Of a stretch of 49,116 bases of DNA, positions 36,696-46,838 are shown piece by piece. The translations under genes were made by a program, and so were the position numbers. Each line of letters starts with the position of its first letter. The stretch's first letter is position 1. Source of the DNA: a virus (taxonomy: Duplodnaviria; Caudoviricetes); the IMG/VR virus record IMGVR_UViG_3300032270_001670, positions 1 to 49,116 of that record. One strand, 5' to 3'. Under the pieces are notes generated by a model, which made no database searches, was not told where the DNA came from, and saw only the letters and a list, made by a program, of their open reading frames with translations.

Positions 36696-36872
36696 ATGGC
36701 TCACACAAATATTGAGTCATATTTTAAAATTAATTTTGCGATGATTCAACACCATAAATATTCATTATGGGAGATTGAAAATATGATGCCTTGGGAGAGG
36801 GATGTTTATGTGAGTCTTTTACAAAACCACATAGAAGAAGAAAACGCCAAAGCGCAGCAACGTGGAAATTAA
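36696..36872 (+). CDS. gp51: Baseplate hub assembly catalyst gp51-like (58 aa)
   Basis: YFKINFAMIQHHKYSLWEIENMMPWERDVYV; below ORF-track cutoff; alternative ATG 36693. Confidence 0.85.
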   Translation: MAHTNIESYFKINFAMIQHHKYSLWEIENMMPWERDVYVSLLQNHIEEENAKAQQRGN

Positions 36873-39138
36873 TCAAACTTATAAGGCACCATCAATACCG
36901 AAGATTAGTAGAAGAAATATTAAATCTTCGGTATTTTCTGGTGCAAACACTTCCCAAATAACGCTCAAAAAATCTTCTTTTAGTTTTGTAAAATCTTTAA
37001 TAAAACCAAAAATATCTTCCCTATCCCCATCTGATCTTCAAGCACCAGAAACAGAAGTTAAAGAAAGTCCAAGTATATTTGGTCTTGGGCAGATTTTAGA
37101 TCAGACTAATAAAATTCTCCTAGATGTAAAAAAACAATTATCTCTTGATTTTCTTAATAGAATTTTTAATGAAAAGAAAAATCTTGAAAATGAAAAGAAA
37201 AAAATAGCATCGAAAAAAGTAGCAGATAAAGAAGCAAGAATAGAAAAGGGTGGTAAAGGAATATTAGGTAAAAGTTTAGAAAAGGTTACTGCACCATTTA
37301 GAAGTATTTTTGATAAATTAATTGATTTCTTTTCAATTATATTCACTGGCATTTTAGTGAATAATGCTTTTATTTGGTTGAGCGACAAAAATAATCAGAA
37401 AAAATTAACAGAGTTATTTAATTTTATAAAAGATTATTGGCAAGAACTTTTAATCATTTTTGCTGCCTATAAATTAGCAAAGCTTGTTGGTGTTATTTTT
37501 GGAATTGGATTAAAACTTAAAAAAATTCTTCAATGGTTTAAGAATTTTAAATTTCCGAAAAAACCATCAACACCAACAACAACCAGACCAACACCATCTA
37601 GACCAATAACTAGACCAACACCAACTAAACCGACTATTAGTCCACAAAGTAGTCCTTTATTAAATTCTCAAGGTCAACCATTGGGTGGACCAATAAAACC
37701 CTCCGGTCCTTTAGTCACTCCAAGTGGAACTCCATTAAGACAGGCATATCCCTTAGCTGGACAAAAACCCTTTAAAGCCCCCTCTATTCCAAAAGGTCCA
37801 CCACCAAAATTAAAACCAATAACAAAATTACCATCAGGACTTGGAGGTTCTGGTGGTGGTCGGGGTGCTGGTGCTTTTGCAATTGCCAGTTCTTTGTATG
37901 GACTAACTGTGGGTCCAGAAGTTATGAAACAAAGAGTTTCAAAATTAAAAGAATTAAAGAAAACTAATCCTCAAGAATATAAAAAAGAAATACAAAAACT
38001 CAAAGAGATTGCTCAAATAGAAGCACCTCTTTCATATATTGGATATCCTGTAGAAACTATTTCTATCTTAGAGTCTTTAGGTGAAAAATATAAAACTTTT
38101 ATTTCACCTTTAGGAATGTCTAGAGGTGGAACTGTGGGGCAAGGTGATCGATTAGGAGTTGATATGGTTCCTGCTATGACCAGAAGTGGTCAAAATATTA
38201 GATTAGACCAAGGTGAAGAGGTCATTAAAGCAAGTGAGTCAATGCGTTGGAGACCATTATTAAAAGATGTTAATGATAATGGTGCAAAAATGTGGCAGGA
38301 ATTTACCAAAGCAATTAGAAGACAAGAAGAAGTTAATACAGTAGAAACTGGAAACACTGATAATTTTTCTGAGATTCTTGAAAACTACGAAAAAATCTTA
38401 AAAGATGAAGAAAAAAGATTGAGACAAAAATATATAAAATCTATTGGTAGAACTACAACTACAGATCCTCCTGCTCCTCCTCCTGCCCCTACTCTTCCTA
38501 CCTCTGATGCTTCTGGATCCGCTGGTGCTCCTCCCACTGCTCCTGCTCCTGCTCCTGCTACTTCTCCATCTGGATCTGCTACTCCTCCCGCTCCTATACC
38601 TGCATCAACCCCAGTAATGCCAGATGCAAGTAAACCAGGAGCATCTGGCGCTCCTGGAATTCCTGGAGCACCAAAAATAGGAGATACCGTTGGAGAACTG
38701 ACTCCCAAACCAATCAAACCAGCACAAACTCCTAAGCCTATTCCTAGGAGCCAGCAGGTCGACTCTTCTGTTACTCCTGTTACTCCTGTTACTCCAGGCA
38801 CTCCAGGCACTCCTGGTCCTACTTCTTTACCTGTTATAAAATTTAACCCAGATACTTCTTTTAATTATAAAAATTATTTTTCAAATTCTGCGAAGTTAGA
38901 ACCAAATAATCTACAAAAATCATTTGAAAAACCAAATAATTTACTATCATCTTTACCATCTTCTTCGGTCAGTGTCATTAATATGCCACTACCACCAATA
39001 ACAGTTGATAATAGACAACCAGGTAGTATTCCTGCCCCATCAGGAAATCCAACACCTTTACCAAATATTTCTTCGGTTAATCCGTTATATGAAGAGGAAA
39101 TTGCATTAACTGCTGTCACTCTAGGTATATTAGTATGA
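36862..39138 (+). CDS. Tape-measure/gp29-like tail protein with Pro-rich regions
   Basis: Coiled-coil N-terminus, amphipathic/hydrophobic helices, position after gp26-gp51; GTG start. Confidence 0.6.
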   Translation: MEINQTYKAPSIPKISRRNIKSSVFSGANTSQITLKKSSFSFVKSLIKPKISSLSPSDLQAPETEVKESPSIFGLGQILDQTNKILLDVKKQLSLDFLNRIFNEKKNLENEKKKIASKKVADKEARIEKGGKGILGKSLEKVTAPFRSIFDKLIDFFSIIFTGILVNNAFIWLSDKNNQKKLTELFNFIKDYWQELLIIFAAYKLAKLVGVIFGIGLKLKKILQWFKNFKFPKKPSTPTTTRPTPSRPITRPTPTKPTISPQSSPLLNSQGQPLGGPIKPSGPLVTPSGTPLRQAYPLAGQKPFKAPSIPKGPPPKLKPITKLPSGLGGSGGGRGAGAFAIASSLYGLTVGPEVMKQRVSKLKELKKTNPQEYKKEIQKLKEIAQIEAPLSYIGYPVETISILESLGEKYKTFISPLGMSRGGTVGQGDRLGVDMVPAMTRSGQNIRLDQGEEVIKASESMRWRPLLKDVNDNGAKMWQEFTKAIRRQEEVNTVETGNTDNFSEILENYEKILKDEEKRLRQKYIKSIGRTTTTDPPAPPPAPTLPTSDASGSAGAPPTAPAPAPATSPSGSATPPAPIPASTPVMPDASKPGASGAPGIPGAPKIGDTVGELTPKPIKPAQTPKPIPRSQQVDSSVTPVTPVTPGTPGTPGPTSLPVIKFNPDTSFNYKNYFSNSAKLEPNNLQKSFEKPNNLLSSLPSSSVSVINMPLPPITVDNRQPGSIPAPSGNPTPLPNISSVNPLYEEEIALTAVTLGILV
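38455..38825 (+). repeat. Low-complexity Pro/Ala/Thr coding repeats
   Basis: cctgct runs; gttactcct x3; actccaggc x2. Confidence 0.8.
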
Positions 39139-41762
39139 TTGACACTATTGCAAAAAGATTAAAATTAAATGTTACAAATATTAGAAGTTCTTTAATTTCT
39201 AATCAGAAAAAAATTAAGAAAATAAATTCTGAAAAAAATAAATTTGTTTTAATTAAAAAAAATCAAGAAGAAATTAAGAAAAAAGAATCTAAACTAGAAT
39301 CATCCGATAAAATATCGGTGATTCAAAATATAGGAAAAAAATTATTGTCTGGTCCTTTAAGTTTAATTGATAAATTTAAAGAATTTTTTGGTTTAATATT
39401 GCTGGGAATCGTAGTTAATAATTTGCCAACAATTATTACAAAACTTCAAGATATTTTTGGAAAAATAAAAACATTTTTTGAGCAAAATCCATGGATTGGA
39501 AATACAATCAAGTTTGCTTTTGATATAATTGGCAAAGGTATTGTGGGTCTTGCCAAATTTATAAAATTTATAAGACCTTATATTGGAGGATCATTTAAAT
39601 TTGCATTAGATACTATTAGGTCTACCAAAAATCAAATTGGAAGTTTAATTCAAACTTTTGATGAATTAGATTTGTCTTTTGGTGGTTTGATTAAAGATTT
39701 GGATGTTGATAAAATTCCAGACGCATCAAAAGAACCTGAAAAATATTCTGCTTTTACTGCTGGTGGGGGGAAAAAAGCACTAGAAGAAAAAGGTCAATCT
39801 GTTGATGAAGTTATAGAACAGGGGAGAAAAAATATTTCAAAGTATGATACAAAACCTACTCAACCCACTCAACCAAAACCCCCTGTTCAACAGCAACCTC
39901 CTGTTCAACCGCAACCTCCTGGGTCAAATCCCCCTGTTCAGAAATTGCAAAGAGGAGGAACAGTTGGTAATATTCCACCTCAAGAAGGAACTGGACGAAG
40001 TGGACCTTCTGATGTTTCTAAAACTGCACCGTATTTATTAAAACCTGGTCCAAAACCAACAACACGCACTCCATTTGCCAGACCAGGTGGAACTGCTATA
40101 GGAAGAAGAACTATAAAAGCAGTTAATTACTTTGAAAAATTTAGACAAAATGTTTCTAATTCCGAAGAAACATCAAAGAAAAATGAAGAAAATAATAATT
40201 CATTTTTTAATATTTTAAAAAAGTTAAATGAAATTAAAAATTTACGTTTGAAAGTTAAAGATGATGATGCGATGAGAACCACAGATTTGCCACCAGGTCC
40301 AGGTGGAACTGGACCAGGCGGGGGAATTTCAACTGGGGCTGCTGAAGTTTTTGAAGGTAATGGTGCAGACAGAGTTTGGAATTTCTTTAAGGGGAAAGGA
40401 TTATCTGATATTGCAGTTTCGGGAATCATGGGAAATGCTCAACAAGAAAGTGGGTTTAATCCAACTATTGCACATTCTGAATCAATTCAAGGAAAACCTG
40501 CAAAATTTATTGGAATATTTCAATGGGATAATAAAAGATCTGGAGATAGATGGGGTCGATTGGTAAAATGGGCTCAGAAAAAGGGATTAAATCCAGAAAA
40601 TATTGATACTCAATTGAAGTGGACTTGGGAGGAATTGGGTGGACCAGAAGCTTTAACTTTAAGAGAAATTAAGAAAGCACAAACACCAGAAGAAGCTGCT
40701 AAAATTTGGTATAAAAAATATGAAAGAGCAAGTCATGGACTTCCAGAGCGTCAAAGTTATGCAAAAGGATTTTATACAAAGTATAAGGGCAAACTTCCAA
40801 AAGCAATTACAGATTTAAGTCAAAGTCGTCTTCCTGCACTTCCACCTACTAACACTGATGTAGGTCAGTTTTATGGTGCTCCTAGAGATGATGATAAAGA
40901 TGGAATACCAGATAGAAAACACGCTGGTGTTGATTATGATATAAGTGGCAATGACAAATTTTATAGTAGAATTGGTGGTCAAGTAATTAGAGCAGGATTT
41001 AGATATGGTGAAGATGGATATGGAGTTGATATTTACAACCCCAGAATTAATATGACTGAAAGAATTGCTGAGGGAAGACAAGTTTTAGTTAGAGTAGGTA
41101 ATACTGTTGTTCCCGGAGATGCGGTTGTTCAGGGAGAATCTAGAACAGGTGTGATACATTATGAACTTAGAAAAGGAAAAGCAGGACCTGGTGGAGACTA
41201 TGCAGGGACAGTTAATCCAGTTAAATTTTTAGAAGATTTGGGTGCTAAACAAAACACTCAACCAATTAAACCTCAAAATCTTACTCCCCTTGCAGAAATA
41301 AAAAATATAACTGATACTATTAAACAACCAGAAATCGAAGTTGGTGTCAAAGATAAAAATGGAAATGTAATATATTACAAAATTGAAAAAGATGGTAATA
41401 AACTTAAATTCTCTAAGAAGATTGATCCATTTGGTTTATTCGAAGAGTCTATTGACATTGAAAAAGGAAATACTGAATTTTTAAAAGATATATTGAATGA
41501 ATTAAAATTTAAGACTAAAAAACCGGTTGAACCGGGAACTGCTGCAGCGTCTTTAATTACACCAACATCTAAGAATTCTGAAATTGCTTCTTTGGGTGGT
41601 GGTTCTAATCAACAGGTGTTTATATTAAATAGAACACAACCAATCATAGTAAAAGATGTTCAAACAATCGCAATGACCAGAACAGTACAAACAAACTCTG
41701 GAAATAATAATTCATCAACAGCATCTCGTATTTTTGCTGGTGCTAGAGATGGTTTAGCATAG
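39135..41762 (+). CDS. Tape-measure-like protein with phage tail lysozyme and M23 peptidase domains
   Basis: VWNFFK.KGLS..AVSGIMGNAQQES..NP..GIFQW..YER (~40370-40790); HAGVD...IHYE...NP..FL (~40860-41235). Confidence 0.8.
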   Translation: MIDTIAKRLKLNVTNIRSSLISNQKKIKKINSEKNKFVLIKKNQEEIKKKESKLESSDKISVIQNIGKKLLSGPLSLIDKFKEFFGLILLGIVVNNLPTIITKLQDIFGKIKTFFEQNPWIGNTIKFAFDIIGKGIVGLAKFIKFIRPYIGGSFKFALDTIRSTKNQIGSLIQTFDELDLSFGGLIKDLDVDKIPDASKEPEKYSAFTAGGGKKALEEKGQSVDEVIEQGRKNISKYDTKPTQPTQPKPPVQQQPPVQPQPPGSNPPVQKLQRGGTVGNIPPQEGTGRSGPSDVSKTAPYLLKPGPKPTTRTPFARPGGTAIGRRTIKAVNYFEKFRQNVSNSEETSKKNEENNNSFFNILKKLNEIKNLRLKVKDDDAMRTTDLPPGPGGTGPGGGISTGAAEVFEGNGADRVWNFFKGKGLSDIAVSGIMGNAQQESGFNPTIAHSESIQGKPAKFIGIFQWDNKRSGDRWGRLVKWAQKKGLNPENIDTQLKWTWEELGGPEALTLREIKKAQTPEEAAKIWYKKYERASHGLPERQSYAKGFYTKYKGKLPKAITDLSQSRLPALPPTNTDVGQFYGAPRDDDKDGIPDRKHAGVDYDISGNDKFYSRIGGQVIRAGFRYGEDGYGVDIYNPRINMTERIAEGRQVLVRVGNTVVPGDAVVQGESRTGVIHYELRKGKAGPGGDYAGTVNPVKFLEDLGAKQNTQPIKPQNLTPLAEIKNITDTIKQPEIEVGVKDKNGNVIYYKIEKDGNKLKFSKKIDPFGLFEESIDIEKGNTEFLKDILNELKFKTKKPVEPGTAAASLITPTSKNSEIASLGGGSNQQVFILNRTQPIIVKDVQTIAMTRTVQTNSGNNNSSTASRIFAGARDGLA

Positions 41763-41773
41763 GAGAATAAAAA

Positions 41774-43084
41774 ATGGCAAGTAATGCATCAGCTTCTTCA
41801 AATTATGAACACATGGTCATCGATAAGGATGGAAGAAGAATTGATTTTACAGATTTAGATAATAAACTTACAATCGTAAATTTTTCTTATTATGAAAGTT
41901 TACTATCACCTCAAGTAACGGCAAACGTCACTTATGTTGATTTAGCAAATTCTGTTTCTGCGAATTCTACATACGATAAAGCACAAAGAAGAGGAACTCT
42001 TTTAAATTCTTTACCCATTCGAGGAAATGAAAAATTTGAATTTATAATTAAGGGTAAATTGGGATCCTTGAATTTTAGAAATGATCCTTTAAGAGTGATT
42101 GCCGCATCATCCCCAAAACAAGAATCTTTTCGAGAAGCAACTGTTTTATCATTAGTATCTGAATATGGACTTAAGAATGAAACAAAAACAGTTTATAAAA
42201 AATATTATAATAATATATCCCAAAACGTTCTTGATATTTTATCTAAAGAACTTGGAGTTTCTCCATCAAAACTTAATATAGAGCAAACTAAAAATTCTTA
42301 TGCATTTTTAGGATCTGGTAAAAATCCTTTCTCATTGATAACATCATTGTGCTCAAAATCGGTTCCAGTTGATGGATCTGCTGGATATTTGTTTTGGGAA
42401 AATCAGGTTGGATATAATTTTAGATCGATTGACTCTTTAGTCGCTGCTCCTCCAGTTAATGTTTCTACACCTTACGCATATTATTCCGAATCAACTAGTA
42501 GTTTTGATAATGATGATAATGATTATAGAATTTACTCATATTCTTTTCAAAAAAATCAAAATATTCTAAACTCTTTAAAATCCGGAATATACAAAACAAA
42601 AAATGTTTTTTTTAACCCATCTACTTTTGAATATAGTGAATTATATTTGGGGTTGTCTAAATCCGGAATCAAAAGTTTAGGTAATAAACCAGAATATCCT
42701 GGAGAATTTGATGTAGATGATGCCTTTACCAGAACTCATCATTTTATTTTGGATTCTGGGAATATGGAAGTTGGATTGAGCACATCCATAAACAATAATC
42801 CTAGAGAATATCAGGCAAGAGCAGTTATACGTTATAATTTATTATTTTCTCAAATTTTGACGATGACAATACCATGCAATCCAAATTTAAAGGCTGGGGA
42901 CGTAATTCTTTGTTTATTCCAAAAAATGACTTCGGAGCAAGATAGAATTTCTGAGGGTGGATTTGAAGAAAATCAGAGTGGTAATTATTTGATTGTACAT
43001 TTGTGTCATAATTTTGATACAAAAAGATCATTTACGTCCTTAACTTTGGTTCGTGATACGTATGGTTTGTATAAATCTTCTTGA
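41774..43084 (+). CDS. Baseplate hub protein (gp27-like)
   Basis: YYESLLSP, GYLFWEN..GYNFRSIDSL, IPCNPNLKAGD, SGNYLI..LCH, L.LVRD. Confidence 0.7.
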   Translation: MASNASASSNYEHMVIDKDGRRIDFTDLDNKLTIVNFSYYESLLSPQVTANVTYVDLANSVSANSTYDKAQRRGTLLNSLPIRGNEKFEFIIKGKLGSLNFRNDPLRVIAASSPKQESFREATVLSLVSEYGLKNETKTVYKKYYNNISQNVLDILSKELGVSPSKLNIEQTKNSYAFLGSGKNPFSLITSLCSKSVPVDGSAGYLFWENQVGYNFRSIDSLVAAPPVNVSTPYAYYSESTSSFDNDDNDYRIYSYSFQKNQNILNSLKSGIYKTKNVFFNPSTFEYSELYLGLSKSGIKSLGNKPEYPGEFDVDDAFTRTHHFILDSGNMEVGLSTSINNNPREYQARAVIRYNLLFSQILTMTIPCNPNLKAGDVILCLFQKMTSEQDRISEGGFEENQSGNYLIVHLCHNFDTKRSFTSLTLVRDTYGLYKSS

Positions 43085-43128
43085 TTATGATCTATATAAG
43101 ATATAAGATTAAATAAATTCTTATAGAT

Positions 43129-43632
43129 ATGTTTAAACCGGGGTTTTTTGGAAAAAGTCCACCAAGATGGTTTATAGGGCAAGTACCATTAGATCAGACT
43201 GCAAATAAAACAAGTCCTGAAGGATGGGGTGATCGAGTTAAAGTTCGTATTATGGGATATCATCCATTAGAAGGAACTTTACTTCAGGACAAAGATCTTC
43301 CTTGGGCAATTGTCCTTAAGCCGAATACTCATGGATCACTAAATAGAACATCAACGGGAATTGGTGGTGGTGAATGGGTCATTGGAATTTTTTTAGATGA
43401 TGATTATGAAAAACCAATGATAATTGGTGTTCTCGGAAGACATGATCCTTATTATAATATTGGTGGAAGTGAAGTTAAAACAAAACAAAGTACAGAATTT
43501 AAAAAAACTTTAAATTGGTATGGGTATAACACTCCACAAAGTTATCATTTAAAAACCTCAGAATCTCCATCAAAATCTGGATCTAAATCACCAGTTGTTC
43601 CGTCACTTCAAGATTTTGGAATTACGCCATAA
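43129..43632 (+). CDS. gp5: gp5 N-terminal OB-fold domain, stand-alone
   Basis: WFIGQV, RVKVRIMGYH, LPWA, GEWVIGIFLD....PMIIG. Confidence 0.8.
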   Translation: MFKPGFFGKSPPRWFIGQVPLDQTANKTSPEGWGDRVKVRIMGYHPLEGTLLQDKDLPWAIVLKPNTHGSLNRTSTGIGGGEWVIGIFLDDDYEKPMIIGVLGRHDPYYNIGGSEVKTKQSTEFKKTLNWYGYNTPQSYHLKTSESPSKSGSKSPVVPSLQDFGITP

Positions 43633-43640
43633 TAAAAAGT

Positions 43641-46600
43641 ATGACATCTTTTAATTTATCTGACGCTTATAATTCCGACCAGTCATTTTATAAATTTGAC
43701 ATTAATTCTAGTGTATTGCCAGGTGCAGGTTATAGGAGTATATTTGATACTGCTGCAGGAAAAAGTTTTGAAGAATTGAATGATATTGCTTGGCCAATGG
43801 CAGACCCCTGTGGAACAGGGACCATGGCGGGCATTAATAGATTTTTATTGAACTTTTTTACAGTTTTAAAAGGAGTCAAAAAATACGCACAAAAGTATAT
43901 TAATGGGTCAATTAATGCAATTCAAAATTTAACTGGGGAAATTCAAGCAACTATACAAGGAATTGCTGGAGAATTAAAAACAATCGTTCAAAGAGTTAGG
44001 GAGTGGATTTTAAAAAAAATTAGAGCTGGAATCGAAGATCTTTTGCAGATGCTATTGCCACCTTTAATGAAACAAATTAAAAGTGGTCTTTTGAAAGTAA
44101 TTATTGATCAACTTTTTTGTAAACTGGGTGATATTATTTCTGGTCTTGCAAGATTAGTTGCAGATTTTTTATATTCCTTAGTAGGACAAATTATAAATGC
44201 TCCTTTTTGTGCTGCAGAACAATTTACTAATGCACTTATAAACAAATTATTGAATGATATTGATAGAGCTATTCAACCGATATTAAATCAACTGAATAGT
44301 GCTTTAGGAGGTGCTACTAAAATTTTAAGTTCTGTATATGAAATAATTGATTTTGTTCTTGGTTTTGAAGGATTTTTATGCGATAAACCAGATTGTCCAG
44401 AAGTTAAAGAGTTAAGAGCATCTCCATGGGCAGGACCAAAAAATGCAGATGATGACAGTTGGACTAATTTTTCCTTCGCCACCGACGCAACTAAAAATGT
44501 AAAAGGATGGATGGACGATTTCTTTGGTCCTAGTAATTCCGGATACATTTCTCCTGGAGGATGTTATAGTGGAACATTTGCTTGCGGACTTCCTCAAATT
44601 CAAATTTTTGGTGGTGGTGGATCTGGTGCTGTAGCAACTGCAATAGTCAATAGTATCGGGCAAGTCATAGGAGCAAATTTGATATTTGGTGGATCTGGTT
44701 ATAAATCTCCACCTTTCGTATCTATCGTAGATCCTGCTAATTGTGGAAGAAATGCATCTGCATATGCAGTTCTTTGTCCAAATTCAACTTCCGTTTGTAA
44801 GATAAACATTGCTACTCCTGGAAGTGGTTATTCGTCAACTGCAATAAATCCCCCTTTAATTAAATCATTTGCTGGATCTCCTAACCCTATTGATATAAAC
44901 AATACAATAACTTTATCGTGGGATGTTTCTGATGCTACTAATGTCTCCATATCTGGATATCCAGCAGCATCAAAACTTCCTTTAAATGGAACTTTTGATT
45001 ATACAATAACTTCTAAAGATGTTTCTTTTGATCCCGGTAAGCAAGAAACGCAAAAATCCTTTACCTTAATTGCGGATAAAGTTTCTCCACCTTATGCACC
45101 AACGAGAAGTAAACAAGTTATAGACATAACTGTTAGGGATCCTTCTCTTGCTTTAGTTCCCGGCGCACCTCCCGCCAACCTTGATGCGAAAATAGATTCT
45201 GTAAAAATAAATGGTAATAAAGTTAATGATGGAGATGTGATTGTTGTTTCTGAAGGGCAACTAGTATTAATTGAATGGGAAACAACAGATGCTGTTACTG
45301 TGTATACTGAAGAACCAGACGTATCTAAATCAATATTTGAGGGGCAAAATGTAATTTCAAACTCTCTGGATGGAAATTTGTCTTTTATTACACCAAAACC
45401 AGCAGATTTTAATCCACTTGGTTCATATACTGCAAATTTAAAAACAAATAAATCTGGATTAAAATATCGTGAAAATTCTTTTAATCTTATTGCTGTTCCT
45501 GCATCTTCTAGTACAAAAAGCACCAAATTGAAGGTTATTTTTGAATTAACAGAACCGTCTGCAGCAGCAGCAGTAGTATCTCCTCCAATTCCAGTTGGAC
45601 CAGCAGCAGCAGTTGTAGGACCACCGGCACCTTCTTATGTCATAATACCTTCATTGCTTGCTGTTGATGAAGGTAAAATTATAAACTTTGATGTAACAAC
45701 TACAAATGTTGTCGATGGAACTGTTTTACATTATACTACTTTAGGAACTGTTTCTGATGTTGATTTTACCGATAAAAAATTAACAGATAGTTTCGTTATT
45801 ACTAGTGGAAAAGGAGGTTTTTCTAGAGCTTTACAATCCGATAGTCTTACTGAATCTGTAGAAAATTTTGCTATTGAAATTAGAACCGGAAGTTCCACTG
45901 GTCCTATAGTTGTAACATCAGCATCTATAAGGGTAAATGATACTTCGATAGTAATAATTCCAACACCTCCAACTGCATCACCAGGTTTATCTCCATTAAC
46001 AATTTCCGTAAATAGTAGTTCTTTCTCAAATAATTCTAATATTTCAATTCCATATCGCTATAATTTATATACTGGTAAAGGATCCAATATAAGTCCTCAA
46101 TTAGAGTGGATTTCTAGTGGTGATACATCTTCGGTTTCAAGTTGGAGAGTAATATGTCTTGATAAAACAAGTTTTGATTTTATACACTGGTCTGTTGATA
46201 ATATTGATCCATCATTTACAAAAATTTCTGAGAATGGTGCATGGCCACCTGGTGTAATTGTCAATAAAACTGGGTGGGATCCAGACCCAGTTAGTCCTAA
46301 TGGATGGGGTGGACCAGCTCCACCTGATGGAGAAACACATATTTACGAAATTTATGTGAGTGCTTATGATAAATCTGGAAATCTTATTACAATATCAAAT
46401 ATACTTAGATTTATTGCCTCAAGTCCAGTATCTTTAGCAGATGCTCCACCAGTTTCTCCATTATCACCAGTATTAGCACCACCAGTTCCTCCATTGTCAC
46501 CACCAGTTCCTGCAGTTGCAGTTGTTGGAGATGTTTTAGTTCTTAATACTGGAAGTGGATATACACCAACTGATAAAGTAATTGTTCCTGATGGATCTGA

Positions 46601-46838
46601 ATCTGATTTTGAGTTAGTATTAACTCCTTCTGGTGGAATTGCCTCAGTAACGATATTAAATCCTGGATATGGATTTACATCTATTCCAGAATTCGAAATA
46701 AATAGTGATACTGGAGTGGGGGCAAAATTTAGAGTTGAACTAGATTTTATACCTTTAGATCAGTTTTTAAAAGATAATGAATTAATTGAAATTGATCAGA
46801 ATCAAATTGTTCAAATAATAGATTGTATTAGTAAATAA
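43641..46838 (+). CDS. Large baseplate/gp5-associated protein with Ig/Calx-beta-like and PEBP-like domains
   Basis: Helical Cys-containing N-terminus; GGGGSGA..GSGY..PP repeats; VDEG..F.V.T..DSLTE..E.F; NISPQLEW..HW..WGGPAPP...H.Y. Confidence 0.7.
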   Translation: MTSFNLSDAYNSDQSFYKFDINSSVLPGAGYRSIFDTAAGKSFEELNDIAWPMADPCGTGTMAGINRFLLNFFTVLKGVKKYAQKYINGSINAIQNLTGEIQATIQGIAGELKTIVQRVREWILKKIRAGIEDLLQMLLPPLMKQIKSGLLKVIIDQLFCKLGDIISGLARLVADFLYSLVGQIINAPFCAAEQFTNALINKLLNDIDRAIQPILNQLNSALGGATKILSSVYEIIDFVLGFEGFLCDKPDCPEVKELRASPWAGPKNADDDSWTNFSFATDATKNVKGWMDDFFGPSNSGYISPGGCYSGTFACGLPQIQIFGGGGSGAVATAIVNSIGQVIGANLIFGGSGYKSPPFVSIVDPANCGRNASAYAVLCPNSTSVCKINIATPGSGYSSTAINPPLIKSFAGSPNPIDINNTITLSWDVSDATNVSISGYPAASKLPLNGTFDYTITSKDVSFDPGKQETQKSFTLIADKVSPPYAPTRSKQVIDITVRDPSLALVPGAPPANLDAKIDSVKINGNKVNDGDVIVVSEGQLVLIEWETTDAVTVYTEEPDVSKSIFEGQNVISNSLDGNLSFITPKPADFNPLGSYTANLKTNKSGLKYRENSFNLIAVPASSSTKSTKLKVIFELTEPSAAAAVVSPPIPVGPAAAVVGPPAPSYVIIPSLLAVDEGKIINFDVTTTNVVDGTVLHYTTLGTVSDVDFTDKKLTDSFVITSGKGGFSRALQSDSLTESVENFAIEIRTGSSTGPIVVTSASIRVNDTSIVIIPTPPTASPGLSPLTISVNSSSFSNNSNISIPYRYNLYTGKGSNISPQLEWISSGDTSSVSSWRVICLDKTSFDFIHWSVDNIDPSFTKISENGAWPPGVIVNKTGWDPDPVSPNGWGGPAPPDGETHIYEIYVSAYDKSGNLITISNILRFIASSPVSLADAPPVSPLSPVLAPPVPPLSPPVPAVAVVGDVLVLNTGSGYTPTDKVIVPDGSESDFELVLTPSGGIASVTILNPGYGFTSIPEFEINSDTGVGAKFRVELDFIPLDQFLKDNELIEIDQNQIVQIIDCISK

